Below are positions 1 through 15,209 of a stretch of 64,000 bases of DNA, in pieces; the stretch's first letter is position 1, and each line of letters starts with the position of its first letter. The translations under genes were made by a program, and so were the position numbers. The notes beneath the pieces are model-generated. The model was not told the DNA's origin and searched no databases. It saw only the letters and a list, made by a program, of their open reading frames with translations. The stretch lies in assembly GCF_009914755.1 (NCBI RefSeq), contig NC_060929.1. One strand, 5' to 3'. This stretch comes from the human T2T-CHM13v2.0 reference genome, Homo sapiens.

Positions 1-619
1 ATGTTTTTCTTTAAGCAACTCAACTTCTGTGGCTACTTGTTACAGCTATTTCAAGGAGCTGCCCTTGGAAGCCTTCATTTTTATGAGGTGTAAGAAAAAC
101 CATGACTCAGGTAAATCTGTCAACATTTTCCCATAGAAAGTTTATCTTTAGAGGCTCCTCCCACCGGGATCCTCTCCATCTGTCCACAGCCTACTGAGTA
201 ACCCACCGACTATTGCGTTCTCTGCCCCACGTTCATTCGTTCCTTTTCCCTATTCAAACTTCAACTAGCTCTAATGGCAGAAAAGTGATCTGATATATAA
301 CGTCACCTAAAAGGACAAATGACTGACAGTAGCTCGATTTAGTTTCCATTTTAAAGGAGGATGTTTGGAGTCCACAATGCCTTAATGGAAAGGAATTGGG
401 CTAATTGTGTAATTCTTTCAACAAGGCAGGCCATTGGTGGGAGGCTTTTGGGCAGGGGAGCTTCCTGGAATCTGTTAATGATATACCCCAAAGGCAACTC
501 AACTGACTCATGAAGTTAACTCTGATGGTGCTGATGATGTTACTAAGAAGCCCTAAGCCTGTGCTGCCTAAAGTTCACAGAGTTTTATTTAACATATTCT
601 TTTGAGCTAGGCAGAGAAG

Positions 620-716
620 AAATGACCATCTCTCATTAACAGCAAGGATACTGAGGACTGGAGATCACCCTCATTTGCCCAAGTGTCTCAGCTAGTAGCT
701 GATGGAAACAGCACTA
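620..716 (-). mobile_element. MIR SINE fragment
   Basis: 'actgaggactggaga...tttgcccaagtgtctcagctagtagct' resembles the antisense MIR core (gaaactgaggc...ttgcccaaggtcacacagctagt). Confidence 0.6.
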
Positions 717-858
717 AATATATATATATATATAATTTATTTATTTAAATTATATATATATATAATTTATTTATTTAAATTATATATATATATAATTTAT
801 TTATTTAAATTATATATATATATAATTTATTTATTTAAATTATATATATATATATTTA
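716..858. repeat. AT-only minisatellite, 4 perfect 30-bp units plus partial flanks
   Basis: TATATATATATATAATTTATTTATTTAAAT repeats exactly at 721, 751, 781 and 811. Confidence 0.97.
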
Positions 859-989
859 ATTTCATCTTGTGTGGGCAAATAAAGGCAGAATGTCCAAGAC
901 AAGGTTGTTTACCTTGGCTGTTATTGGCACCTTGGAATAATATTAAGCTGTAAGGGGCTTAAGATCAGCTAAATTACCTGATCTGTAAG

Positions 990-1710
990 CCTCTCTCTTT
1001 TTCTCATCCCCCATGTCCAATCCTCCAGCAACTCCTGCAGGCTTAACATTCAAAATAAACACTTTCCACCATTCCACTGCTCCCCTCCATCTGAGGCCTT
1101 ACCTCTCTCATGTAGATGGTTATGGCAGCTTCCTGACTGCTCTCCTTCCTTCCACACTTGCCCATCTACAGTTAATTCTTCACACACCAGCCAGAGGGAT
1201 CCTGTTCAAACCTAAGGCAGGTCAGGGCGGTCCTTTGCTTGGAACCTTCAGCAGTTCCTCCCTGCAGGCAGAGTCAAAGCCCAGTCTGCACCTGGCTCCT
1301 GGCTGCCTTGATGGCCTCAGCTCCAGTTCTCTTTGCTCCAGTCAGACTGTCTTTCCTTTTCCTCAAACTTGCCACACACCTTCCTACCTCAGGGCCTTTC
1401 TACTGGCTATTTCCGCCCTGCCCCTTGAGTCTTCCAGATATTCACATAACTGGCCTCTTTACTTTATTCAGACCCCTGATCAAATGTCATCTCCTCAGAG
1501 AAGCCCCTCCGCCACTATCACTCTTCTAGCCTCTCATTGTGTTTTAGCTCTCCTTATAGCACTTTTTACCTAACACATTATATATATTTTAAAACGCGTT
1601 GTCTCGTTCTCCTTTCTAGTTGGAAGCTCCATGTCAGTTTTGTTTTGTTCCCTGCTGTATCTTCATTGCCTACAATAGCACTTGGCACATACTTGCTGAA
1701 TAAATGAAAC
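990..1710 (+). mobile_element. L2 LINE 3' fragment
   Basis: L2-type motifs 'cacacaccagccagagggatcctgttcaaacct' and 'caaatgtcatctcctcagagaagcc'; 3' end 'gcacttggcacatacttgctgaataaatgaa'. Confidence 0.8.
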
Positions 1711-4599
1711 TGAGAAACTCAGAGCAAACTATTTCTTTTTAGATAAAGCCCACAAAAATGTTTTCTTCCTGTTCAGTTTAAACTATCCAGCACACAACAT
1801 CAGCCTTGTGATTGTCTTTTTTTCTGATGCTCTGACCTCTGAGTGACCTTTAACAAGTAACTTTGTTAGAACTCACTTTACCCAGCTATAGAATGGGAAT
1901 AAAAATATAACCTACCTTCCTTCTCAGACACTTTAATGAAGCAAAGTCTTCTTTGTTCTTTGAGGAAAGGAGCCAGGCAGATGAAAATTCCTGTTATTAA
2001 GGTACAACTAAAGCCCGAGGAGGGTAGGAGCTGCATTTTGTTCCTCCCCATTCTCGCACAGAGAAGGCACTCATTAAGTGCTTATCAAAGTTAATATCTG
2101 TGGCACACAAACTGCACCTGCCTCTGCAGCAGTCGTCACAGAAGCTGGCCCCTTTCCTGGGCTAACTGCTCTGAGAGCACCAGAATGAAATCTGACTTAG
2201 ATATGACGCAGATTCCTTTTTTCAGAAGAAGCCAGCTACACAACTCTTGATGAACAAATAGCTACCAACGATGAGCACAAACCAGAGAATTTCAGAAGTG
2301 AAGAAAATTTCAGATCAGAAGATCCTGTCTCTCGGGTATAACTTTTTTTTTTTTGGAGAGAAATACAGTGACTCTCCTAATTATGGTGAATTTCCTAGTT
2401 CAGCTCAGAGCCACTGATTCAGCAGATATTCCCCCAGGCAGATCCTAATGGAAACCAACATGTGAGGTCTGATGCTGGGAATTTTATCATGCTCAACAAG
2501 GATTTGAAAACTAAATGAATGCGTGCATATTCACACTAAGCAATTTTCCTCCCTGCCTTCACCACTTTCCCTTTTTTCTTCTCTTACCCTCTTTCTGTTT
2601 CTATTCCTTCCCCACTCATGCCCCAGTGCTTCCGTTGGACACATGCGCATTTTACGGTCCTGCAGGGCTTGAAAGATTTCTGACCTTCTAAGGTCCAGTG
2701 ATTTGGTATCAGAAGATCTAAGTTTTCTCCTTCTCTCTGCCATTTAAAGAAGCGTGTTGCAATTTCCCCAGCAGAAGTGAAAGTGATTCGCCTCTACTCA
2801 AATGTCTGCATAGGCACAAGAATGAGGGCGAGAGGGAGCAAGAGAAGAGGAAGAGGTACCTTTTGAATGGGGTGAAAGCAAACCCTTACATAACCTGACC
2901 ACACAATAGGAGGAAATGAAAACTTGGGTTCAAGGGCAATTTTGTCATTGGTTATTAGTCTGTGTCATCAAGCAGGTGCCAGAAAAACAAATTTTATTTT
3001 GATTTTAGGCATTCATTTTAACAACTGGATTTTCCTAATTTCTCATTCCCAAGGAGGATCTATGCAAGAATGCACAATTTATAGTTAATTTGGAGATGAA
3101 TAAAATATTAACATACCTTTTGTTCCCCCTAAAACATAATACCTAAATTAGTGTGATGCCTTGGTTACCATCCTACATATGTATTTGGATTGTAAATGAG
3201 CTCAGTTTTAAGCACATTTGTAACAGTGGAACAAGTGAGGCTTGTATTACATGGCCAAATTGATATTAATGATGGTGGCCTCGAGAACGGATTCCATCCC
3301 AAGACATCTGATCTGCAGACAGTTGAGCATTCACAGCAGTTTTGACTTTATTGACTTCATTGGCCCCAGTCAGAAGGTTTTCATCTAGTGCATTCAGTTA
3401 CCCTGATTTCTAATTACAATAGAATCTTTCAAATAGATTTGTTTCCAGAGAGCTTGCTTGAGATAGATTAAATGGCAGAAGTTGCAAAGGATGTCATTGT
3501 TTTACATAAAAGATCTGTGGAAATTACGCCTAGAAACTTGTTGCCTTTTTATTTTAAAAGCTGCTATATACAAAATAACAGTCAGGGTCAAATAGTTACC
3601 ACTGTGACAACAATCATTTATGGTACGTTTGCAATTGTTCTAAAAAGTTAATATGGAAAAGTTACCAGAATTAAGTGGTGATGTTTTACTTAAGAAGTAG
3701 AAAAGATTTACAATTCATTATGGATGTAAAAAGAAATGGACTCTAAGAAACTTGTTACTGTAGTTGTTGAAAGAATATTGTCAAAGTGTTTATCCATATT
3801 AAGTGGCTCCATAGAACGTAGTTCCTTTAGATTTTAGTGTTAGCTTCTATAAAACTGCTGGTTTGTTTTAATCTTTTGGAAACCATAGGTGTTTTTTTTT
3901 AATACCAGTGATCATATTTTCCTTTGTGCTTTTGTTGGTAGGAAGCTCAGAGCCCAATTTACAATCTCTAATGACTCCTATTGAACTTTATATTTGCACT
4001 TCTTTTAGTTTCTTTTTTTTAGGGTGGGAATAGGGTTTTATTAATTTTTCCCTGGATTTATTTGCTTCACAATATTTCTCTTCACTTTGATTCAACTGTT
4101 TCTTTTCTCTTTTTCTATGATATATGTTCTTAAAAGCTGGCATGAAGTGAAATGGAGCATATCTGGTCTCAAAGTGACAAATTTAACACATCCAAAATCA
4201 TCACCCTAGTGTGACTATTTATCCCATCTTACTATCGTTTTAGAACAATGCATTTAGAATGCTGTCCTCCTTCTTGAAGTTTTAAAAATCATTTAATTCT
4301 TCTCTGAATTAGTGTACACTAACGTTTACATCTTAATCTTTTATATTTTGTTTGTTTTTATCCTTTGCTTCAAAAGAAATTAATGTGCACTGTGACCTTA
4401 GTTTCCATTAGTCATCAACTTGGGGACTAACATGACTGCCTCACTGTCAGTGAGTATCTTTTTCTGATAGTTCCAGGAGGGGTGATTAATCTCACCTGAT
4501 TCATCATGTTCTTTTACTCTGTCTGCCCAGTGACTATGGCCTTGCATTTCCTTGCATTTATTTCTTTACCATCTAATTCAACTTAATTATTTATTGTTT

Positions 4600-6170
<1,571 letters not shown>

Positions 6171-6828
6171 ACCAAATACTCTGGCCTCGTTGGCACTAAT
6201 TCTAAACCATTAAGCTAATGAAACAGAGTGCCATCCAAAATAAATTAATAGAATAAAGCAAGTCCCCATTATCAAAGCAAAATAGATAATTAAAAATTAA
6301 AGCAATAACTAGTTAATTAGGGCAAAGGGATTTTTTTATAACTGTGTTATAGGATCATATAGGACCGTGGGACTGAGAGAAAACCTGAGCTCTCACTCAG
6401 TCCTGCCTCCTAACTGCAAGACCGAGAGGGCACACTCCAACCATGTCAAAGAGGATCTTTTCCGTGTTAAGGGTATTTGGAGAAATACTCTGGTTTTTCA
6501 GTTATTCATATATTTTCTTTTTAATGTTCAACCACTCACCATCTGCTTCCCTTCTTAGAAAAGTCATATCTCTACCTTAAATAACACCGAAAAGAAAGGC
6601 CAACTGCGAGTACATGCAAACTCCTACTTCTCTTTGACTATCTGGCCCCAGATAGGAATGGAAAAAATACCATGTTCCTCAGGTGTCTAATATCAAAACA
6701 ATGGCAACTCTATTAAAGGTACTGAAAACTTTAGCATTTTCCTAAGTTATCCTGAGTAATTTCCTTTTAAATACATTTTTTCTATTATAAGTTAAAACTT
6801 TTACTTTTTTAAAAAAGTAGAGGGCTGG

Positions 6829-7454
<626 letters not shown>

Positions 7455-7889
7455 GAAGAAACTGCTAGCTCATCTTTTAAAAGTATGTATACTGTAAGTC
7501 AAATTCTGTTATGGGAATGTGCTACAGTTTTTTAAAATCTCATAGGGTAAGATTTTCTGGTCAAGGGGAAGGTCTATTTTTTGCTAATATATTTTTATGT
7601 TAGATATTGCTTGAAATCGATTTAAAACACTGGCAAGTTTCCAATGAAACAAAAAACTTGCAGCATGAGAGAAGGTAGGCTAGACTGGAAGTTAAGAGAC
7701 CTGGCTGGAATCTGGTTCCATCATTATGTGATGAAACTGCTGTGTGAGCTTCAGGCAAGTTCCATCTTTCTGGCCTTGAATTGAGCTGTAGAACGAGAGC
7801 CTTAGATGTAAAGGAACTATGTATTCTCTTTCATCCCTAGGATTTATGATTCTTTGTATAGTTGAAATGAATTTAGTCTGAAGTTTTAA

Positions 7890-8190
7890 ATTTTGATTTT
7901 CTCTCTTCTTCTTTCCCTTTTTCCTTCTTCCTTATCTCCTTCCTTCCATCCTTCCATCATTATTTATATTTTGCTTCTCTATTTCTTTTTCCTTTCTATT
8001 CTTTCTCCTTTTCTCCTCACCTTTCCTTTGTCTTTCAATTACTTTCTTACCTACTTCTTTATCTTTTTACTTGTCCCTTTTCCTTCCTTTTCCTTTTATT
8101 TTTTTCTTTCCTTTTCTCTTCATTTTTCCTTTCTACCTTCTTTCCAGCTTTCTTTCTTTCTTCTCTTTCTGTCATTCTTTTTCTCAGCAG
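7890..8190. repeat. CT-rich low-complexity polypyrimidine tract
   Basis: About 300 bp almost entirely C/T on the + strand. Confidence 0.9.
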
Positions 8191-8489
8191 CAAATCACTT
8201 GACATTTCAACAAATCCACAAAGTAGCAGTAGTTTTATGGGCTGGTATTAACACCTATTATGACCAGCCAGGCATTGCAAACTGATGTGAGTGCCGATAG
8301 GCCCGCTTTTAGGCCATGCATGGAAAGTAGCCAAATCTGCACATGGCTATTATTTAATGATGCCCAGAGTCAAACAGGAAGCCTTCTGCAAATTGCCTCA
8401 CAAATTATACAGTGGCTCCCTGCCTGCTTGTTATTGGCATGAAATAGATTTGTAAAACCAGCTTCTGACATCCAAATTATTTCCCTGTC

Positions 8490-8493
<4 letters not shown>

Positions 8494-8529
<36 letters not shown>
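8494..8529. repeat. (AC)18 microsatellite
   Basis: Perfect AC run. Confidence 0.97.
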
Positions 8530-8531
<2 letters not shown>

Positions 8532-8549
8532 AAAGCTACCCTTCTAACA

Positions 8550-8810
8550 TAAAAATTAAAAATATATTTAGATAGGAAATGTCATAGTCAAAGAAAGCAT
8601 AAGCAAAAAACTTGAGAAAATATTTACAATATAATGACAATCACAAGGTCTGATTTCCAAAATATGCAAAATGTTATTATAAATTATTAATGCATATAAT
8701 TTCAATATAAAGTGGGCAAAATTTATGAATAGATAATTCACACAGAAGGAAATAAAAATGTCCAGCAAACATAATATTCTCAACCTCAATAATGAAAGAA
8801 ACTCAGTTTG
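8550..8810 (+). mobile_element. Old L1 (L1ME-like) ORF2-end fragment
   Basis: 'gagaaaatatttaca...aagtgggcaaaatttatgaatagataattcacacagaaggaaata...ctcaacctca' matches L1M consensus motifs. Confidence 0.75.
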
Positions 8811-9082
8811 AAAGGGTCATTTTTTTGAAAGAAAAATTTGTTGTTTTAACAAAGTATAATGCTTCAAACTGGCCTGAAGAATAATATTGGTGTATATTTT
8901 CTCTTCCGTAGCTTTTAATCTTACCATGCACACTTTCAAAGTGACTAAAAATACTTTCTCCCAATAAACAATTTTGCCCAATAATATCCATCCCTTCCCT
9001 GAGCCCAGTTCTCTTAAAACTCTAGGTTGTAAAGAAATTGGGGAGTATTTTTTCTGAGTAATAGCCTATGCAAGCCAAATTC

Positions 9083-9385
<303 letters not shown>

Positions 9386-9559
9386 TTGTAAGCCAAATTC
9401 TGTCAGACTGGGTCACCAATTATTCTTCTTTTTCCCTCATCCCTACTAAAATGCTCAGAGTATTAGATATCATCATCCTTATTTAAATATTTGTTATAAA
9501 ACTGGAAAGGGTTGGACCACCTTGGAAACTTTTTTCACTTTTATCTCTTGCTTAATCAG

Positions 9560-9800
9560 TATAATAGAAAGCTAAGAGAACAGGATTTGGAGTCAAACTG
9601 AACCTAGCCTTAATCTTAGCTCTGGTATTTAGTATTGTGTTTCCTTGGGTAAGTTCCTTATTCTCTTGGAGCTCAATTTTCTCATGTATCCGCAAAACAG
9701 GACTAACCATAGCATCTCTTTCATAGGGTTGTGGTGAATCTTTAAGTGCTATTATGCACGTGAAGCATATAGCAGAGTACCTAACACAGGACAAAATAAA
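9560..9800 (+). mobile_element. MIR SINE, near full length
   Basis: 'ttggagtcaaactg...ccttgggtaagttccttattctcttggagctcaattttctcat...catagggttgtggtga...gtacctaacacag'. Confidence 0.85.
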
Positions 9801-10609
9801 TAAACTGCTGAGATAATGATGTCAATGACGATGAAAGCTTACAAAAGTAAGAGAACTGGACAGAACGCTGATAAGAACTCCATATAGAATCTGCAAATTT
9901 AGAAAGAAGAGACTGAATCTCACTTAAATCTCAAGCAAAGAACTTTGCAACTTATTCAGGGTTTGAATCTATGTCTGTTGAAATCCCACTGAGTCAGTAC
10001 AATGCTGAATGATGTCTCATTCTGGTGAATAGCCAGGCTGTAAAATCCTTCACAAATTTAAATACAGTATAGTGGGGGAAACAGATCAGAAAAGAGTGAC
10101 AACAGTCAGAACAGTAGGGGAGGCAAACACACACCAAGGTCTATGTCTAATTTTGATACAATATGGGTCAACATCTAATAATATTCCTAAGATGATGAGA
10201 AGTAACCTTGACAACCCAGCTGATGCAGGCACTGAAAGAATAAGAGATTCACAGGGAGAAATAGGAGAAAATCTGGGCCATTTTCTTGGTTCAGTGCTGG
10301 CTCATACCTTTTGCTCTGTAGAAAATTTCTTATTACTTGTAAACCAAAGTCTTCTAATATTTAATTAACAAACATCTATTAAACACCTGTAATATGCCAA
10401 GACAATAGGTTAGGCCTTTGGGGATATAGAGGTCCCCTGCTCACAAAGGTTGTCAGGGAGGACATTACTATTCACAAGCGAGTAGGATACAGCTTAACCC
10501 ACACAGTCCTGCAAGCTCAATACTCCTAGCGAAAGCAACAAAAGTCACTGATTAATTTTGACTTGGGATATGCTAATAATAGCGATAACAAATATAATAC
10601 TGGTAATAA

Positions 10610-10930
10610 TAAATAGGCTAGGTTTTGCTGCAGCAGCAAACAGATCTCAGTGGCCCTATACAACAGAATTTTATTTCTTGATCATGCTCCACAGCCATGT
10701 ATTAGGTTGGTGCAAAAGTAACTGCGGTTTTGCCATTATTTTCAATGGTAGGCAGGGGACCTGTCTCACATAGCCATAGAATGCCACCATTGAGAACAGG
10801 CAACCTCCTCAGCTGCTGTGGCAGGGCAAGAGAGCATGGAGAATTGAGTGCTGGCTCTTAAGAGCGACTTGCTATTGCAGCTCACTGGCCAGACCTTGTC
10901 ACATGGGCTTACCTATCCTGTGACTAGAGT
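10610..10930. mobile_element. MLT1-type MaLR LTR fragment
   Basis: 'aataggctaggttttgctgcagcagcaaacag atctcagtggc...caacagaattttatttcttgatcatg' is typical of old MLT1 LTR ends. Confidence 0.6.
10702..10750. mobile_element. MADE1 (Hsmar1 MITE) half element
   Basis: ttaggttggtgcaaaagtaactgcggttttgccattattttcaatggta matches the MADE1 left TIR and spacer, preceded by TA; the right arm is absent. Confidence 0.85.
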
Positions 10931-11289
10931 GAGGAGTGAGGTGTGAGGTACCCAGAATATAGTCTTAGGAGGCTCTTGCTCTTGGGATCATGCAGGTATA
11001 GGGTTGGTCCCTGTGTGGCTCTGTGTAAAAGCCAGTGGCTCCTTGTATTTTTCACCTTAGAGATCTCACTGGTCTTATCCCAGTCCCAGCCTAATTGAAA
11101 GGGGGTTAGGAAATGTCATGTTCCTTATGTTGAGCTAGGGGAGGTCAGTTTTGGGGAGTACTAGAAACGTCTAGTAACCTAGCCTTGAAACCTCGACCTC
11201 ATCTGTGGCACTTCCTTTTCTCTCCACCTTTCTGATCCAGGCAGTCACCAAATCTTGGGATTTGAATCAAACATAACAAAAGAACTAAT

Positions 11290-11510
11290 ATGTCAGTTAC
11301 TTAACTATTTGCCAAGAATCGTCCTATGCACACTTATGCTCACTGATTCATTTATTCATTCCTCAGACAGCCCTATGAGGAAGTTCCTATCACTATTTCA
11401 ATTTTTAAAATGAGAAACTTGAGGCTTGGAGAAATTGAGTAACTTGCCCAAGGTCTTCATCTGTAAGAGGCAAAGTTGAGATTTGAACACATATCTGACT
11501 ATAATGCCAC
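11290..11510 (-). mobile_element. MIR SINE
   Basis: 'cagccctatgaggaag...aaatgagaaacttgaggcttggaga...gtaacttgcccaaggtc'. Confidence 0.85.
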
Positions 11511-11927
11511 TAATCATTGTGGGAGCTCACACTTATTCAATATTCCAAAAATTTTAAATGAGAGTGTGGCTAGATCAGCCCAACTCATAAGATAGCTGGA
11601 GCAAGGAATACTGACTGGCAATTTGTGAGAAGTGTATATAGATATCATCATCAATGATTTCAAGCTTATGCCATTGATAAAAAGGGATGGTTTTGTTTTG
11701 TTTTGGGTTTTCACATGAGAATGCAGTGCGATCTGTTATTAGAAGATGTAGGATATAGAATAGGGATCAAAAAATCTTTACTAATCAGATGTGTGATTAG
11801 GGCAACTCTCTTCCTCTCAGTTTTGCCAATGATCAAGAAAGGAGCTGAATCAGATCTTTTAAGGCCATCGCCAGTATTGATATTACAAAATTTTGTGATG
11901 ATGGCAGAAATACAGAAGATAGGGAAG

Positions 11928-12525
11928 AAATATATATATATGATAGAAATATATATAAATATATATATTAAAAAATATATAGGATAGAAATATACATAAA
12001 AATATATTAAAAATATAAAAATATATAAATATATATAAAATATATAAATATATAAAAAATATAAAAAATATATAAATATATAAATATATAAATATATAAA
12101 TATATATAAATATACATATAAATATATATAAAATATATGAATATATAATATATATAAATATATAAAAATATACATAAATATAGAAATATATATAAAAATA
12201 TACATAAATATATAAATATATAAAAATATATAAATATATAAATATATATAAATATACAAAAATATATAAATATATAAATATATAAAAATATATAAATATA
12301 AAAATATATAAATATATATAAATATATAAATATATATAAATCTATACAAATATATAAATATATATAATATATAAATATATAAATATATATAAAATATATA
12401 AAAATACATAAATATATAAATATATAAAAATATATAAATATATAAAAAAGAATATATAAATATATAAAAATATAAAAAAATATATAAAAATATATAAAAG
12501 TATATATAAATATATATAAATATAT
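11928..12525. repeat. ~600-bp AT-rich degenerate (TATAAA/TA)n simple repeat
   Basis: Nearly pure A/T mosaic of ATATAA, ATATATAA and AAAAT units. Confidence 0.97.
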
Positions 12526-12849
12526 TTGTTTTGTTTTGTTTGTTTGTTTATTATTATCATTTTTTTTTGAGACAGAGTCTTGCTCTGTACCCCCAGCTGG
12601 AATGCAGTGGCATGATCTCGGCTCACTGCAATCTCTGCTCCCAGGTTCACGCCATTCTCCTGCCTCAGCCTCCCGTGTAGCTGGGACTACAGGCACCCGC
12701 CACCACGCCTGGCTAATTGTTCTGTATGTTTAGTAGAGACGGGGTTTCACCGTGTTAGCCAGGATGGTCTCGATCTCCTGACCTTGTGATCCGCCCACCT
12801 CAGCCTCCCAAAGTGTTGGAATTACAGGCGTGAGCCACTGTGCCCGGCC
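12525..12849 (-). mobile_element. AluY-like element
   Basis: Antisense diagnostics 'ttcacgccattctcc' and 'gttagccaggatggtctcgatctcc'. Confidence 0.92.
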
Positions 12850-14819
12850 AGAAAAATATTTTAAAAACATAAAAATATTCTATAGCAAAACTGAAACACT
12901 GATATCTCAAACTAGACAATGTCTGACTGCTAATATTGAAGCAAATTTATCATACTATTTCCAACATTAACCATAAAATAATCCCTTAATCAGAAAAAAA
13001 TGTGAGGTTAGTTGGAAATACAGCAAGAATTTTATAAGCTAATTTGGCAGAGATTAAATTTTCTTTGGTCAAATTGTTAATTAAAGTGTTTATTTGGGGT
13101 TTGCTGTGCAGAAAATACAGAAGGAGTATGAATAGAGCTAAAAGTTTGACTCCTCCTGAGGCCATGTGGGACAATCACGAATGGCTGAAATGCTGAGACT
13201 GTGAAGATAAAGACAATAGATGCTCTTACAAAGGACCCGGGGGAGAACTACTTAGTTTAATTAAGGAGGAGGAGCATTTGAAGCAGTCATTAAGGATGAA
13301 GTCATGTATACGAATGCACACAAAAACCTTGCCTTTACATTTTTTTTTTTTTTTTGGTGGAAACATCTGGCAAAAACATGTTGAGAAAAGAAAACTTTTC
13401 TGTTTTGTGCAGCAGGATCTTGCTGTGAAGAGATGAAAACTTGAGCTAATTACAGGATGTCTGCAAAAAGAAAGGGCTAGCTTTATATTTTAGACCAATT
13501 TTTCTCCCTACAGGGTAGACTGTCTAGTATAAAAGCAGTGGTATGCCGTGGGAAACAAGTATGGGGTAGGAAACAATGAATTGAATCTAATCTATAATAC
13601 CATACCATGAAGGTTATTAAAATAGCATTCAGTATATGCTTGCTTTTATAAGTGTGCCAAGCAAAGAACAGACAACTCTGAAACTTATATGATAAAGACT
13701 GCAGAACTGTACATTTTCATATGTGTAATATGTTGCAGACTTTTTATTAGAAATGTCCCAGCTATTGTACTATATGGAAGTAAATAATGTATCTTTTGGT
13801 ATTTTGTTTTACATTTAAGACTACAGCTTCCTAAATCTCTTTCAAAAATTCCTTTCCCAATGTCTCTTTAGCTCCTTTTGCCTTTCCCCACAATCCTACA
13901 TTCATTTCACCCCTTTTCCAGAGCTCTGTAGACTATTTGACCTAAAAAAGCACAAGAAAAAAAAAAAAAAAAAGAAAAGTTTGGAGTAGCCTGGTCCTAA
14001 TCTCTCTTGGAGCATCCTGTGTGTGTGTGGCCCTCCTACTAACAGCAAAATGTCAAGACTGGAGTGATAGGCACCCAGGAGGTTAAGCTCATCCCTAGCC
14101 AGTTAACAAGTCCTACAGATAACTAACCATTCTAAAAGGATTAGGATTTGATTTAGGCAGAGTAATGTTTAATCCCAATGGCCTCTTCCTGTGGGAACAA
14201 GATGCTTAAAATCACTAGGAGGAGACTTTCTTTTTCTAACCATTTTCTGGAGCTGATTGAATAAAAAAGGTGAATTCCTCCCCACCCCCATCTCTAGAAT
14301 TTGGGTTATTTTTTTTAATGTTTTTTATAAAGGGCTAGGCCAGTCATTACCTACTTCCTATTCGTGTGACATCACCTACACTGTCATGCTGAGGCTTGTG
14401 GGCTCAGGGACTCAGAGAATCTGGCTCCTGTAGCCCAGTCTCCTGGGGACCATGTTGCATCTTTCCCATCTCCTGTGCAACTGTCCACCATCCTCTGATC
14501 CTTCATGCATCACAAACACTCCACAGTCAAAACTCAGATCTCCTCAGATGGACCCAGAAATCTCAAAATGACTTGGAGAATGTGCCTCTTTATTGCTCAA
14601 CAGTGACATTCTCTCTAGCTCTCTACCCTTCCCACTGCTCCCAAACTGAGCCATGTCATCTGCCATTTACTATCATTCTTGGAATGTTGGTTTTCTTTAA
14701 GTTGAGAACTATTTCTCCATAACTATATGTGTATCATAAATGAAAAAATTATGAAAAGATTGTGTGGCTTTTCTGTTTTCTGCCTGTTCCCAGTCAGTTG
14801 TTGATTTGCAGTCTTTGCA

Positions 14820-14930
14820 ATAGGACTATAAACTCCCCAAGGGCCATGACTGTGTCTGCTTTTGCTCAACACCGCTCATCACTGTCCAGAGCCTAGAACT
14901 GCTTCTGGCATATAGTAGATGCTCAATAAT
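14820..14930 (+). mobile_element. L2 3' end fragment
   Basis: 'gactataaactcccca agggc...gcctagaactgcttctggcatatagtagatgctcaataa'. Confidence 0.75.
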
Positions 14931-15209
14931 TTTCCCTGTCAAGCACGGGAGCATAGGAATGAATGCCCTTACTTTGGCCATACACTGTGCTAGGTGCTTT
15001 GAGTACAGATATGAATGAGACACAGTTCCTGCTATCAAACCGTAGGAAAATGACTGATCTTTTAACATGCCTGTCATTGCTTTTGGCTTTAAGCAAAGCA
15101 AGAGAAATTGAAGTTCCCATCACAGATCTGGTTTAGGGATCCTAAAGGAAACTGTTCCCACATGTCCCTCCTATTAGCCTGACAGCTTGTAGTATTTTCT
15201 GTATTTATT

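Noticed and set aside
702-953. 83-aa ORF with repeated YIYIIYLFKL, and a CRISPR-like 30-bp periodicity
   Set aside because: The units are contiguous with no unique spacers and there are no cas genes; the ORF is just the translation of an AT minisatellite.
1013-1573. 186-aa ORF
   Set aside because: Lies wholly in a decayed L2 3' region; pyrimidine-rich sequence lacks stops by composition, and there is no recognisable domain.
7893-8285. Apparent transmembrane-like 130-aa ORF
   Set aside because: F/L/S-rich artefact of the polypyrimidine tract.
10702-10750. Possible miR-548-family hairpin from MADE1
   Set aside because: Only one TIR arm is present, so the pre-miRNA hairpin cannot form.
11711-12696. 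Longest ORFs in the track (232 and 229 aa)
   Set aside because: Y/I/F low-complexity translations of the AT repeat plus an Alu; not genes.
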